Source: Deltaproteobacteria bacterium (GTDB lineage Bacteria > Myxococcota_A > UBA9160 > SMWR01). From it: a DNA stretch of 49,524 nucleotides. The DNA lies in NCBI GenBank assembly GCA_032128375.1, contig JAQBGU010000128.1:1-49524 (forward strand), read 5' to 3'. Numbering within the stretch: position 1 is the stretch's first letter; each line of letters begins with the position of its first letter. Of the stretch, positions 37,783-46,495 are shown in pieces. The translations under genes were made by a program, and so were the position numbers. The notes below the pieces were generated by a model. The model searched no databases. It saw nothing but the letters and a program-made list of their open reading frames with translations, and was not told the origin of the DNA.

Positions 37783-39831
37783 TTGACTGCTCTCGTTCAA
37801 AGGGGGGCCGTCGCGGCTCTGCCGATGGCGGCCGCAGTGACACTGCTGCTCGCGCGCTGGTTGCCGATTCGCTTCGAGTACCACGAAAACGATCTGGGCA
37901 TCGTCAGTGTGGCTACGGTGAACCGCTACCCGGTCGTGCAAGAGACATTCTGGCTCGCTTTTGGCCTGACAGTCGGCGCAGGGGTCGCGTGGGCGATCGT
38001 ACGCGCGCTGGCGCGATACCGAATCGTCGGGCGAGATGCGATCGTGCTGGAATTGCTGTCGATCAGTTCTCTGCTGAGTTTGCTGCTGTTGCCGGGAGCC
38101 CTCGCGGACCTTGCCGCGATTGGCGCCGGCGTGTCCGCAATTGTTTTCGCGCGAAGTCGCGAGCCCGAGGACAGAGAGCCCACGTTACCGGATGCTCGCG
38201 AAATTTCCGTTCGGCCCATCTGGGTCAACATCGTGTGGTCGTTCAGTGTCGTAGTGATCGCGCTGGTCCTCACGCGCGCGCTCTGGTTGCACCTGTGGAA
38301 TGTGATGCACAGCATTCCAGACGAAAAAATCGTCGTCGACAACTTCAAATTTCTCGGCGAGACCGGCCAGCACCTCGCTTGGGGGAATGCGCTCAGACAC
38401 GGGTGGTTGCAAGGGCGAGATATCTTCTGTCTATACGGCCCTCTCTACGACATCGGGCTCGTCGGGTTTTGGGCGCTCGTCGGAAAGTCGATCGCGGGCT
38501 GGAACCTGTACTGGAGTCTGACCCGTGTCATGGGATGGACAGCGCTGTTCGCGCTCGGCGGGGCGCTGGTGCGACACCGCGTCGCGCTGCTCTGGTTGCC
38601 CTTTCTGCTCCCGTGGATCGAATTACGGGTGGGATGGTCGTTGTTCGCCGCGTGCTTCCTATTTCGCTGGCTCGCGACTGATCGCCGCCTCTGGCTGATC
38701 CCTGCGGGCGCATTGACGGGAATCTCGATTCTGTACAGCCAGGAATACGGTACCGCCATCTCGTTGGCGGCGTTGGTGGGTTTCGCGATTCGCCGCGATG
38801 GCTGCGGGGCGCTCGTCTACGGGGGCGGCGCGGTCGCAACCATGGCGCCGCTGTTCGTCTATTACGGCGCACACGGTGCATTGTTGCCGATGCTCAGCGA
38901 TGTCGCGCAGTACCCCGCGTATCTGATCGCTGGCTACGGGAAGTTGCTGTTTCCAAATCTTGTGTCGAGCCTACCAATCGATGTGGGCGAGCTCTCCACA
39001 CGGCAGTCGGAGACGCTTCGTCTCGCATACGCGGTCCCGGTGGTTTGTCTCGGGGGATTGCTGCTGCTGTTGCCCGTGAGCGGCTTTGACGTGCGTTACC
39101 CGCTGAGTTCGGTGCGAAAGCTGGCAGATGGCTTGGCGCGAGACCCGGTACGCATGATGATGTTCCTGATCGCGATATTCGGCATGATCGCGTTCCGATC
39201 GGCGATGGGTCGAGCAAGCCTCCACCGTACCCATGCCTCGCTGCCTGCGGTAGCACTGCTCTTGTGTTTTGCATTGGATCGCGTGATTTCTGTGTTTCGC
39301 GAGCAGCCGCGAATCGCGATATGGCGGATCGTGACGCTCGCGGCTTTGTTCGGGCTGGGGGGCTTCTGGCAGACCGCCTCGCCGATTTCCGATTCGTGGC
39401 GGTCGCTGAGCTTCGGTGTGCAGACCTTTCGTCTTGGGCATCGGCCGCGCGGCGACCCGCACGTGATGAGGGTGACGCGATGGATCCAGCTGAATACTCA
39501 GCCCAACGAGCCGGTGCTGTTCTTACCCAACGATGGCGCCTACTACTATTTGACCGACCGGCCCAACCCGATTCGCTTCGTGATGGGTCACCAGATGGTC
39601 GGCGACACACATCGAGCCGAAGTGCTCGCCGATCTGACCGGGCGACCGCCGCGGTTCGTCGTGTGGGACGACCACGCGTTGAGGGTCGACGACCTGGCAG
39701 ACGAACTGGTATTCGGCCGTGAGATTCTCGCCTTCATCCAAGGCCACTATGAAGTCGTAAAGCAGTTCGGAGAGGTCAAGATCTACCGTCACCGCAGCCT
39801 CACAGCTAGCTCCCTGGTTGCCGATTGGTAG
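37783..39831 (+). CDS. Large polytopic membrane protein (GT-C/GT39-like)
   Basis: E.G.HL, G..QGRD.F..YGPL, SQE.G, C-terminal periplasmic domain WIQ.NT.P.EP...YY.LTDRPNP. Confidence 0.65.
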   Translation: MTALVQRGAVAALPMAAAVTLLLARWLPIRFEYHENDLGIVSVATVNRYPVVQETFWLAFGLTVGAGVAWAIVRALARYRIVGRDAIVLELLSISSLLSLLLLPGALADLAAIGAGVSAIVFARSREPEDREPTLPDAREISVRPIWVNIVWSFSVVVIALVLTRALWLHLWNVMHSIPDEKIVVDNFKFLGETGQHLAWGNALRHGWLQGRDIFCLYGPLYDIGLVGFWALVGKSIAGWNLYWSLTRVMGWTALFALGGALVRHRVALLWLPFLLPWIELRVGWSLFAACFLFRWLATDRRLWLIPAGALTGISILYSQEYGTAISLAALVGFAIRRDGCGALVYGGGAVATMAPLFVYYGAHGALLPMLSDVAQYPAYLIAGYGKLLFPNLVSSLPIDVGELSTRQSETLRLAYAVPVVCLGGLLLLLPVSGFDVRYPLSSVRKLADGLARDPVRMMMFLIAIFGMIAFRSAMGRASLHRTHASLPAVALLLCFALDRVISVFREQPRIAIWRIVTLAALFGLGGFWQTASPISDSWRSLSFGVQTFRLGHRPRGDPHVMRVTRWIQLNTQPNEPVLFLPNDGAYYYLTDRPNPIRFVMGHQMVGDTHRAEVLADLTGRPPRFVVWDDHALRVDDLADELVFGREILAFIQGHYEVVKQFGEVKIYRHRSLTASSLVADW

Positions 39832-39864
39832 GGGAAACGATGGCACGGTGGTAGAATCGAACGG

Positions 39865-41127
39865 ATGACAGTCAGTCAACCGCGACGGCCTTATTCAGTA
39901 GCGCTGTGGATCGACCGCTGGATCGGAACGGTGATCTGCGGGTTTCTGGCGCTCGCCAAGAAGGGGTTGAGCTCTCAAAAGTCACTCGCCTCACAGGAAG
40001 TCGAGAAGGTGCTGTTGTTGAAAATGTGGGGGATGGGCAGCATCGTGCTCGCCTCTCCGCTATTCGAGCGGATCGGGGCCAAGTACCCGAGAGCCAGGAT
40101 CGACTTCGTCACGCTGAGCGAGAACGTGGCAATTCTCGATCTCTATCCGGTGCTCGGAAAGACCTTCACGATCGACCTCGGTCGCGGGATCCCGCATTTC
40201 CTGTCGGCGACCGTTCGGACGATCCTGGCGATCCGACGCGAACGATATGACTTGATACTCGACCTGGAATTCTTCACGAGATTCTCTGCGATCTTCTCAC
40301 TGTTTGCGCTCCCGCGGCGCTCACACGGGTTCAGTGCAAAAGGGAAGTGGCGCGGGCGGTTGCACGATGTCGAAGTTCCGTTCAATGCATACAACCACGT
40401 CTCGCTGAACTTCCTCGATTTGTTGCAGGGCGACCCGATGGATCCAGTCGATTCGTCCGTCGTCAGCCGAGCCGATGCATTGCCTGCGATCGCTGCACCG
40501 CAGGGATGCTGGGAATCCTGCCAGCGGGTCCTGCGCGAAGACGCGGCCTATCGACCCGACGAACCCATCGTCGTAGTGAACCCCAACGCTGGCGATATGG
40601 CGCTGGAGAGGCGCTGGCCACCGGAGCAGGTCGGCGAATTTCTCAGGCATCTATCTGCACAGCGAACGGTCAACGTGGTCGTAACAGGGTCGAAGTCGGA
40701 GCGCGAGTACGTCGAATCGGTCGTCAACGCATCCGGTACAGCACACCGCGTCATCAACTTGGCGGGTCGTATTTCTATCGTCGAGCTGGTCGCGCTGTTC
40801 GAACACGCTGCGGTGTGCGTCAGCAACGACAGTGGCCCGCTCCACATCGCCTCGGCAGCGGGAACATCGACGGTCGCGCTTTTCGGTCCCGAAACCCCAA
40901 TCCTCTATGGTCCGCTGCGCTCCCGCGACGAGCAGCGCCATGTGGTCCACTACATGAAGCTCGCCTGCTCGCCCTGCATGTTTGTCCACGACAACAAGGT
41001 TCTGTCGTGCTGGTTCGCTCAGGCGAAATGCATGACCGGGATCACACCGTCCGCAGTGTTGGCATCGATCGATGAACTGCTCGCTCCTGCGTCGAAGGGT
41101 TTGTTGCGGGTAGTCGACACGCCGTGA
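39865..41127 (+). CDS. Glycosyltransferase family 9 (ADP-heptose:LPS heptosyltransferase-like)
   Basis: GMGSIVLA.PL, YDLILDL, RRWP.E, NLAGR.SI.EL, SNDSGPLHIA.A.G..TVALFGP, C.PC...C..C. Confidence 0.88.
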   Translation: MTVSQPRRPYSVALWIDRWIGTVICGFLALAKKGLSSQKSLASQEVEKVLLLKMWGMGSIVLASPLFERIGAKYPRARIDFVTLSENVAILDLYPVLGKTFTIDLGRGIPHFLSATVRTILAIRRERYDLILDLEFFTRFSAIFSLFALPRRSHGFSAKGKWRGRLHDVEVPFNAYNHVSLNFLDLLQGDPMDPVDSSVVSRADALPAIAAPQGCWESCQRVLREDAAYRPDEPIVVVNPNAGDMALERRWPPEQVGEFLRHLSAQRTVNVVVTGSKSEREYVESVVNASGTAHRVINLAGRISIVELVALFEHAAVCVSNDSGPLHIASAAGTSTVALFGPETPILYGPLRSRDEQRHVVHYMKLACSPCMFVHDNKVLSCWFAQAKCMTGITPSAVLASIDELLAPASKGLLRVVDTP

Positions 41128-41268
41128 GTGATTGAAGTCTCGAAGCGTGGCACTCCCATATAGGGGCAGTACAGGGGCAGCGGTATCAGACGGAACGCTG
41201 GCCGAGGCGGTTGCGGCCGCATGCTCAAACATCCAACAGGGGTTGCGCCGGGCGCGTACACTGGTGCG

Positions 41269-42264
41269 ATGACCTGGCAACCTGAACTCGACGAACTGGA
41301 ACGTCGGCGACTTCTGGCGGAGAAGCTCGGCGGCGAGGACAAGATTGAACGGCAGCACAAGGGCGGCAGGCTTACCGTCCGGGAACGGATCGACGCGCTG
41401 CTCGATCCATCGACGTTCGAAGAGGTCGGCGGTCTTGCAGGCGTCTGCCAGTTCCTCTCCTACCTTCCGAATTCCGTTTACGACTTACCCCCTCGGGTCG
41501 AGCCGAGCGACGACCCCAATCGCGCGCTCGGTGAAATCGCGAACCTGATCCCGCGCGACAAGCGCAAGGTTTACAAAATGCGCCCGATCATCGATCAACT
41601 GGTCGACCGCGGCTCGTTCTTTGAGATGAGCAAGATGTATGGACGCTCGACCATCGCGGGTTTTGCCAGGCTCAACGGCTGGCCCGTGGCATTGATTGCA
41701 AGCGATCCATATTTTCAGGCGGGAGCATGGACGGCCGCCGCGTGTCAGAAAATTATTCGCTTCGTCGATACCGCCCAGACTTTTCACCTGCCGGTCGTCT
41801 ACCTCGAGGATTGCCCAGGGTTTCTGGTCGGTCTCGAAGCTGAGAAGGCCGGAACGATTCGACAGGGTGTTCGCGCGATGAGCGCGATCAACCAGTCGAC
41901 AGTACCGTGGTGTACCATCATCGTACGCAATGCCTATGGAGTGGCGGGTGCAGCTCACCGGCCGACGCAGCGCTATTCCGTCCGTTACGCATGGGTCACT
42001 GCGCGTTGGGGCTCTCTTCCGCTCGAGGGTGGCATCGAGGCCGCCTATCGTGCAGACCTCGATGCCGCGGAAGACCCGATTGCAGAGCTCGAAGAGATCA
42101 AAGATCGGCTGAAACGCCTGCAGTCTCCGTTCCGCACAGCGGAGCCCTTCTGGGTCGAAGACATCATTGACCCGGCTCGTACTCGAAAGCTGCTGTGCGA
42201 CTTTGCAGACCTGGCCGCGCCCGTGCGACAAGTCGGGCCAAGCTCGTTCGGAATGCGGCCTTGA
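41269..42264 (+). pseudogene. Acyl-CoA carboxylase carboxyltransferase subunit with apparent in-frame internal deletion
   Basis: N-terminal GGEDKIERQH..GRLTVRERI..LLD...FEEVG.LAG joins directly to QFLSYLP; only 331 aa, and the first CT-domain core is absent. Confidence 0.6.
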
Positions 42265-42345
42265 AAAAGGGCGATCGCGCCGGCGGGTTGATTCCGTTAT
42301 GAGAGCCAATCTTTCAATGTCGAGTTTGGAGTCCTGAGGTTCGGT

Positions 42346-42618
42346 GTGGCACCGGTTCTGTCGCTGTTCGCGGCCAATCAAGGGCACGTCGAACTCGCCG
42401 ATCTCGGTCTGCCGTGGGCGTTGGCACTCTGCCTGCTCGGAGCATGCTGGGGCACAATCTATTGGCTCAATCGAGGCCTGCAGCGTTCGGCGGTGATCGC
42501 GTCCGCGGGAGCCGCGTTGTTCTTTCTGTTTGGCCGCGCATGGGTACTACTCGAAAGTCGCGATTTGCTCGGTGAACGGCCAGTAGAGGAAGGTCTGCTG
42601 ATCGTCGCCTGGGCGTAA
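42346..42618 (+). pseudogene. Short membrane-protein ORF, likely an N-terminal fragment
   Basis: PVLSLFAAN...DL.LP + three hydrophobic segments, stops within a hydrophobic stretch. Confidence 0.35.
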
Positions 42619-42654
42619 CCTTTACGGGAATCTGCCGGGCCGCGCGGTGTGAAA

Positions 42655-43110
42655 CTACGCGTGCCACTTCGTATACACCGGAGGCCAACTCGGGCGTACA
42701 CCGTATTTCGCGAACAGGACTCGATCCAACGAGAGTTCGAACAGCGTGTCGTCGCTCGTATGCGCGCCTGTCGCCGTGTAAACCTCGTAAACGATGCGGC
42801 GAACTTTCGCGTCCTCGATGCGAGCAACCCGGCCGGTCACGTAGAACTCGTCGTCTCCTTCAGGCATCGGAAACGTGTGCAGCGCGTAGCGACCGTCGGT
42901 CTGCAGGTCGCGGCATTTGGGGCTCTTGTTGAGAATAAACAGGTAGAGGCCACCGTTGGCCAGCGTGGGACAGACCGGATGCAGACGAGGCGCTCCGTCT
43001 TTGCGGATTGTCGCGAGATATCCGAGCCCAACGCCGTGTTGGTAGATCAGCGCACGTCCCTGTTCGGCGAGTTCGGGTTCCTCCTCGGCGAATTCACACC
43101 ATCTCTTCAT
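42655..43110 (-). CDS. Pyridoxamine 5'-phosphate oxidase-family (split-barrel flavin/F420-binding) protein
   Basis: W.EF....PELA, YLATIRKDGAPRLHPV, SPK.RDL..DGRYALH, EFY.TG.., LFEL. Confidence 0.85.
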   Translation of the reverse strand: MKRWCEFAEEEPELAEQGRALIYQHGVGLGYLATIRKDGAPRLHPVCPTLANGGLYLFILNKSPKCRDLQTDGRYALHTFPMPEGDDEFYVTGRVARIEDAKVRRIVYEVYTATGAHTSDDTLFELSLDRVLFAKYGVRPSWPPVYTKWHA

Positions 43111-43136
43111 CACGCCTCTTTCTCGCTCTGCTGCAA

Positions 43137-43196
43137 TTTCCTTCCTTCTTTCCTTCTTTCTTACTCTCTTTCTTTCCTCTTTTTTTCCTTCTCTCC
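43137..43196. repeat. Polypyrimidine/polypurine tract
   Basis: 60 bp with a single purine on the + strand (tttccttccttctttccttctttc...). Confidence 0.85.
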
Positions 43197-43283
43197 GCTC
43201 CGGGCGCACAGGCCGTGTCCAGCCGATCGCGAGCCAGTGGAATCCTAGCGGCTGAGTCACAGCCCGACTCGAAGCTGGACGGG

Positions 43284-43679
43284 TCAGCCGACATCTTCTG
43301 ACACCAGGGAGCGATTGACCACATCGCCTACGCGGTCGACAATCGCATCGATCAGCGCCGGATGAAGACCCAGCGTTTCGCTGATGGAAATTCGGAGCTC
43401 TGGATGAGAGGCCGCCGCACTTCGAACCTGTGCTGGGATGTCGTGGGTGGTGTGGCGCCCGGGTGCGAGGAAGAAGGGATGGATGATGATTTCAGCGGCG
43501 CCCTGTGCGGCACATGCGCTGATGGCCTGCGCGATATTCGGTTCGACTATTTCGAGATGCGCGGTCACGACGAGCTGGTGGGGGAGACGATTGCGGAGCC
43601 GCCCGGCGACTACCTCCAGTTGCGCGTTGGCTTCGTCGCGCCGACTCCCGTGATCGACGATCACAATCGCGGGTTTCAT
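43284..43679 (-). CDS. Short CbiX/SirB-type sirohydrochlorin chelatase
   Basis: IVDHGSRR.EAN, AHLEI.EP, PFFL.PGRH...DIP, LG.HP; ATGA overlap with the upstream gene. Confidence 0.85.
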   Translation of the reverse strand: MKPAIVIVDHGSRRDEANAQLEVVAGRLRNRLPHQLVVTAHLEIVEPNIAQAISACAAQGAAEIIIHPFFLAPGRHTTHDIPAQVRSAAASHPELRISISETLGLHPALIDAIVDRVGDVVNRSLVSEDVG

Positions 43680-44836
43680 GCGGCGCCACTCTCCAACGCC
43701 TGGGCGAGGTCGGCACACAGATCATCCGCGTGTTCGATGCCAACGGAGAGTCGCACCGTTGCCTCGGTAATTCCTTTGCTGAGTTTTTCAGCGGGCGGAG
43801 ACGCACCATGGCTCATCAGCCAGGGGTAGCCAATCTGCGATTCGACCCCCCCGAGACCCTCGGTCAGCGCGAAGTACTCGGTGGCGCCGCACAACGCATG
43901 TGCGGCGGCCTGACCGCCCGCCAGATCGATCGTCACCACGCCGCCGAAGCCGCGCATCTGGCTTTTCGCCAGCGCGTGACCGGGATGACTCGACAAGCCG
44001 GGATAGTGGACCCGGGTCACCTCCGGGCGGTCTGTCAGGAACTCGGCGATGCGGCTCGCGTTGGCGTCGTGGGCGCGCATCCGGATCGCGAGTGTCTTGG
44101 CGCCGCGCAAAGTCAGCCATGCGTCCCAGGGGCCGGGGACGCCGCCGGTCGCGTTGCGATTGAACTGCAACTGATGGGCGATTTCTTCGTCGTCGACCAC
44201 GACCGCGCCGCCGATCACATCGGAGTGTCCACCGATGTACTTCGTGGTCGAGTGAACGACGATGTGAGAACCCAGTTCGAGCGGGCTCTGCAGGTACGGG
44301 GTCGCGAACGTATTGTCGACGACGAGACTTAGCCCGTGTCGCTTCGCGATGTCACCGCACGCCGCAATGTCGATCAATCGCAACATCGGGTTGGTGGGGC
44401 TCTCCATCCACAGCATCTTCGTGTTGGCTTCGACGGCCTTCTCGATATCGTCGGGACGCGTCGCATCGACGAACGAAAAGCGCACTCCGAAGCCCGCCAT
44501 CAATGTAGTAAACAGCCGATAGCTGCCCCCGTACAGGTCGTCGCAGACTACGACGTGATCGCCAGCGCGAAGCAGTGTCATGACGCCATGGATTGCCGCC
44601 ATTCCGGAGGCGTAGGCCAGACCGAAGCGACCGCCTTCGAGCGATGCCAGCGCCTGCTCGAGTGCCTGGCGGGTCGGGTTTGCGCCGCGCGAGTATTCGA
44701 AGCCGCGGTGTTTCCCGATGGCTTCTTGGGTGAAGGTCGTCGTCTGGTAGACCGGGACGATGGTCGCGCCGGTGGCTTCGTCGGGCGTCTGTCCGACGTG
44801 GATGGCGCGGGTTTCGAAGCGTGCATCGTCAGCCAT
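43676..44836 (-). CDS. metB: Cystathionine gamma-synthase/lyase family PLP enzyme
   Basis: SD AGGAG; FETRAIH.GQ, YSR.ANPT, SGMAAI, ESPTNP, VDNTFATP, HSTTKYIGGHSD, LGGVES, RLSVGIE. Confidence 0.85.
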   Translation of the reverse strand: MADDARFETRAIHVGQTPDEATGATIVPVYQTTTFTQEAIGKHRGFEYSRGANPTRQALEQALASLEGGRFGLAYASGMAAIHGVMTLLRAGDHVVVCDDLYGGSYRLFTTLMAGFGVRFSFVDATRPDDIEKAVEANTKMLWMESPTNPMLRLIDIAACGDIAKRHGLSLVVDNTFATPYLQSPLELGSHIVVHSTTKYIGGHSDVIGGAVVVDDEEIAHQLQFNRNATGGVPGPWDAWLTLRGAKTLAIRMRAHDANASRIAEFLTDRPEVTRVHYPGLSSHPGHALAKSQMRGFGGVVTIDLAGGQAAAHALCGATEYFALTEGLGGVESQIGYPWLMSHGASPPAEKLSKGITEATVRLSVGIEHADDLCADLAQALESGAA

Positions 44837-44898
44837 CGCGGCCTTCTCCTGGGAATTGCTGAGCGGAAGAAATGGGGGTCGGGCTTGGGTCGGCAGCG

Positions 44899-45237
44899 CT
44901 ACCAGTAGCTCGCTGTGATTTCGAGATCTGCCGTGACGCGGGTCCGGCAAGCCAGCCGCAACTGGCGGTCGATCCGGTTGCGGCTCTTGATGCGCAACTC
45001 GTCCTGTGTTTCGGGTGCGAGCGCCGATTCGCCCGCGAGGACCGTCACGCCACAGCGCCCACACAGCCCGTCGGCCCCGCAGGCGCTCGCTAGCGGGAGT
45101 GCGGCGCGTGCGATCGCGTCGATCAGCAGGCCTCCGGTCGGCACTGTCACAGACTTGAAAGCGTTCTGTCTGGCGTCGGTCTGGGGGCTGTTTCCCGCCG
45201 CCCGAACCGAAAGCTGAAATCGTACCCGCGCATGCAT
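44899..45237 (-). CDS. [2Fe-2S] ferredoxin
   Basis: ACGADGLCGRC ... RLAC. Confidence 0.82.
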   Translation of the reverse strand: MHARVRFQLSVRAAGNSPQTDARQNAFKSVTVPTGGLLIDAIARAALPLASACGADGLCGRCGVTVLAGESALAPETQDELRIKSRNRIDRQLRLACRTRVTADLEITASYW

Positions 45238-45328
45238 GGGTCGATCATACGCGAGCGCTGGCGACGTTGAAACCGGGCTGGCTCGAGGATTTGGCCTCGT
45301 TCCAGGGCTTCGATACCTTGGCCAGATC

Positions 45329-46054
45329 ATGCCTACCGCCGGCATCCTGATCATCGGCAACGAGATTCTCTCTGGGAAGGTCGTTGATACCAATTCGCCG
45401 TATCTGTGCGCACAGCTGCGCGCGCTCGGCGTCGATGTAGAGCGCATGGTGACGATCCCCGACCTAGTCGAAACGATCGCGGCAGAAGTCAAGATGATGA
45501 GCCAGACCTACGATTTCGTGTTTACCTCGGGGGGGATCGGACCGACCCATGACGACCTGACGCTCGATGGGATCGCGGCGGCCTTCGGACGCCCGCTCGA
45601 ACACAACGAGTCGATCGCCGACCGAATGCAACGCGGAACCGGCAAGGTGCTCAACGAGAGCCAGCTTAAGATGGCGCAGGTTCCCGAAGGTGCCGTGCTG
45701 CTCGATTCGGGCGACCTCTGGTTCCCGCTCGTGATCGTGGAGAACGTGTATATATTCCCGGGAATTCCCGAACTACTGAAGAAGAAGTTCGACTCCGCGC
45801 GCGATCGCTTCCGCGGCATCCCGTTCGTGCTCAGGCACGTCTATGTAACCAAGCGCGAGAGCGACATCGCCGAGTCGCTCCATGAGCTTCTGCGCGAATT
45901 TCCCGAGTTGGCCCTCGGTTCGTACCCAAAGCTCCAAGAACAGCACTTCCGGGTTCTCCTGACCCTCGAGTCTCGTGACGGCGACTATGTGCAGCGCGCG
46001 CTGGATTCACTGCTGGCGCGATTGCCAGAAGACGCCGTCTACAAGGTGGAGTGA
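45329..46054 (+). CDS. CinA-like molybdopterin-binding domain protein
   Basis: IIGNEILSG...DTN, TSGGIGPTHDDLT, PG.PE, ES.IA, GSYP. Confidence 0.85.
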   Translation: MPTAGILIIGNEILSGKVVDTNSPYLCAQLRALGVDVERMVTIPDLVETIAAEVKMMSQTYDFVFTSGGIGPTHDDLTLDGIAAAFGRPLEHNESIADRMQRGTGKVLNESQLKMAQVPEGAVLLDSGDLWFPLVIVENVYIFPGIPELLKKKFDSARDRFRGIPFVLRHVYVTKRESDIAESLHELLREFPELALGSYPKLQEQHFRVLLTLESRDGDYVQRALDSLLARLPEDAVYKVE

Positions 46055-46495
46055 CTGGACCCCGCGACCCGCGACCCGCTAGTCAAGGCGCTCGCATACG
46101 CGCACCCGCTTTGGATGGTCGCGAGTATATTGCTGTGTGCGCTTGCGTTGCGAGCCGGTCTGGTCCTGCGTCGCACGCGAGTCAGGCGTAGCCGGCGAAC
46201 CGCCGACCTGCTCCGCGCACATATGCGAGTGGCAAAGCCTGCTGTGGTGCTGGTTGCAATCGGGTTTGCGGCCGGACCGATCTCGGCGATTTGGCTGCGG
46301 GACTGGACACCGATATCGACGTTTCACTCGTGGCTCGGAATCGTGGCCTTCGGCTTGTTCGTCTCCGCCGCGGTACTCGGTAGACGGTTGGAACGGGGTC
46401 GCGGGCGACCGGTCGAGGCTCACGCGATATCGGCTGGGCTCGCGGTGTTGTTCGCCGCGGTGGCGGCAGTGGCAGGTTTCATTTTGCTGCCGTGA
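46051..46495 (+). CDS. DUF4079-like membrane protein; 5' end anomalous (possible frameshift)
   Basis: AY.HP.WM, H...., FHSWLG, H...G; the in-frame ATG at 46115 lies inside the conserved-looking motif; GTG at 46051 is in frame only if one 7-bp repeat is removed. Confidence 0.6.

Noticed and set aside
39841..39856. Sigma-54 promoter (TGGCACG) upstream of GT9
   Set aside because: The -12 TTGC element is absent at the required spacing; an extended -10 fits better.
43111..43260. Lys/Glu/Arg-rich N-terminal extension of the PPOX-family ORF
   Set aside because: It is simply the translation of the polypurine tract; the family-like sequence starts at MKRWCEF (43110).
46052..46057. Stop-codon readthrough fusing the CinA-like and DUF4079-like ORFs (TGA CTG in frame)
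   Set aside because: No SECIS-like hairpin or other support is visible; the 7-bp duplication explains the frame more simply.
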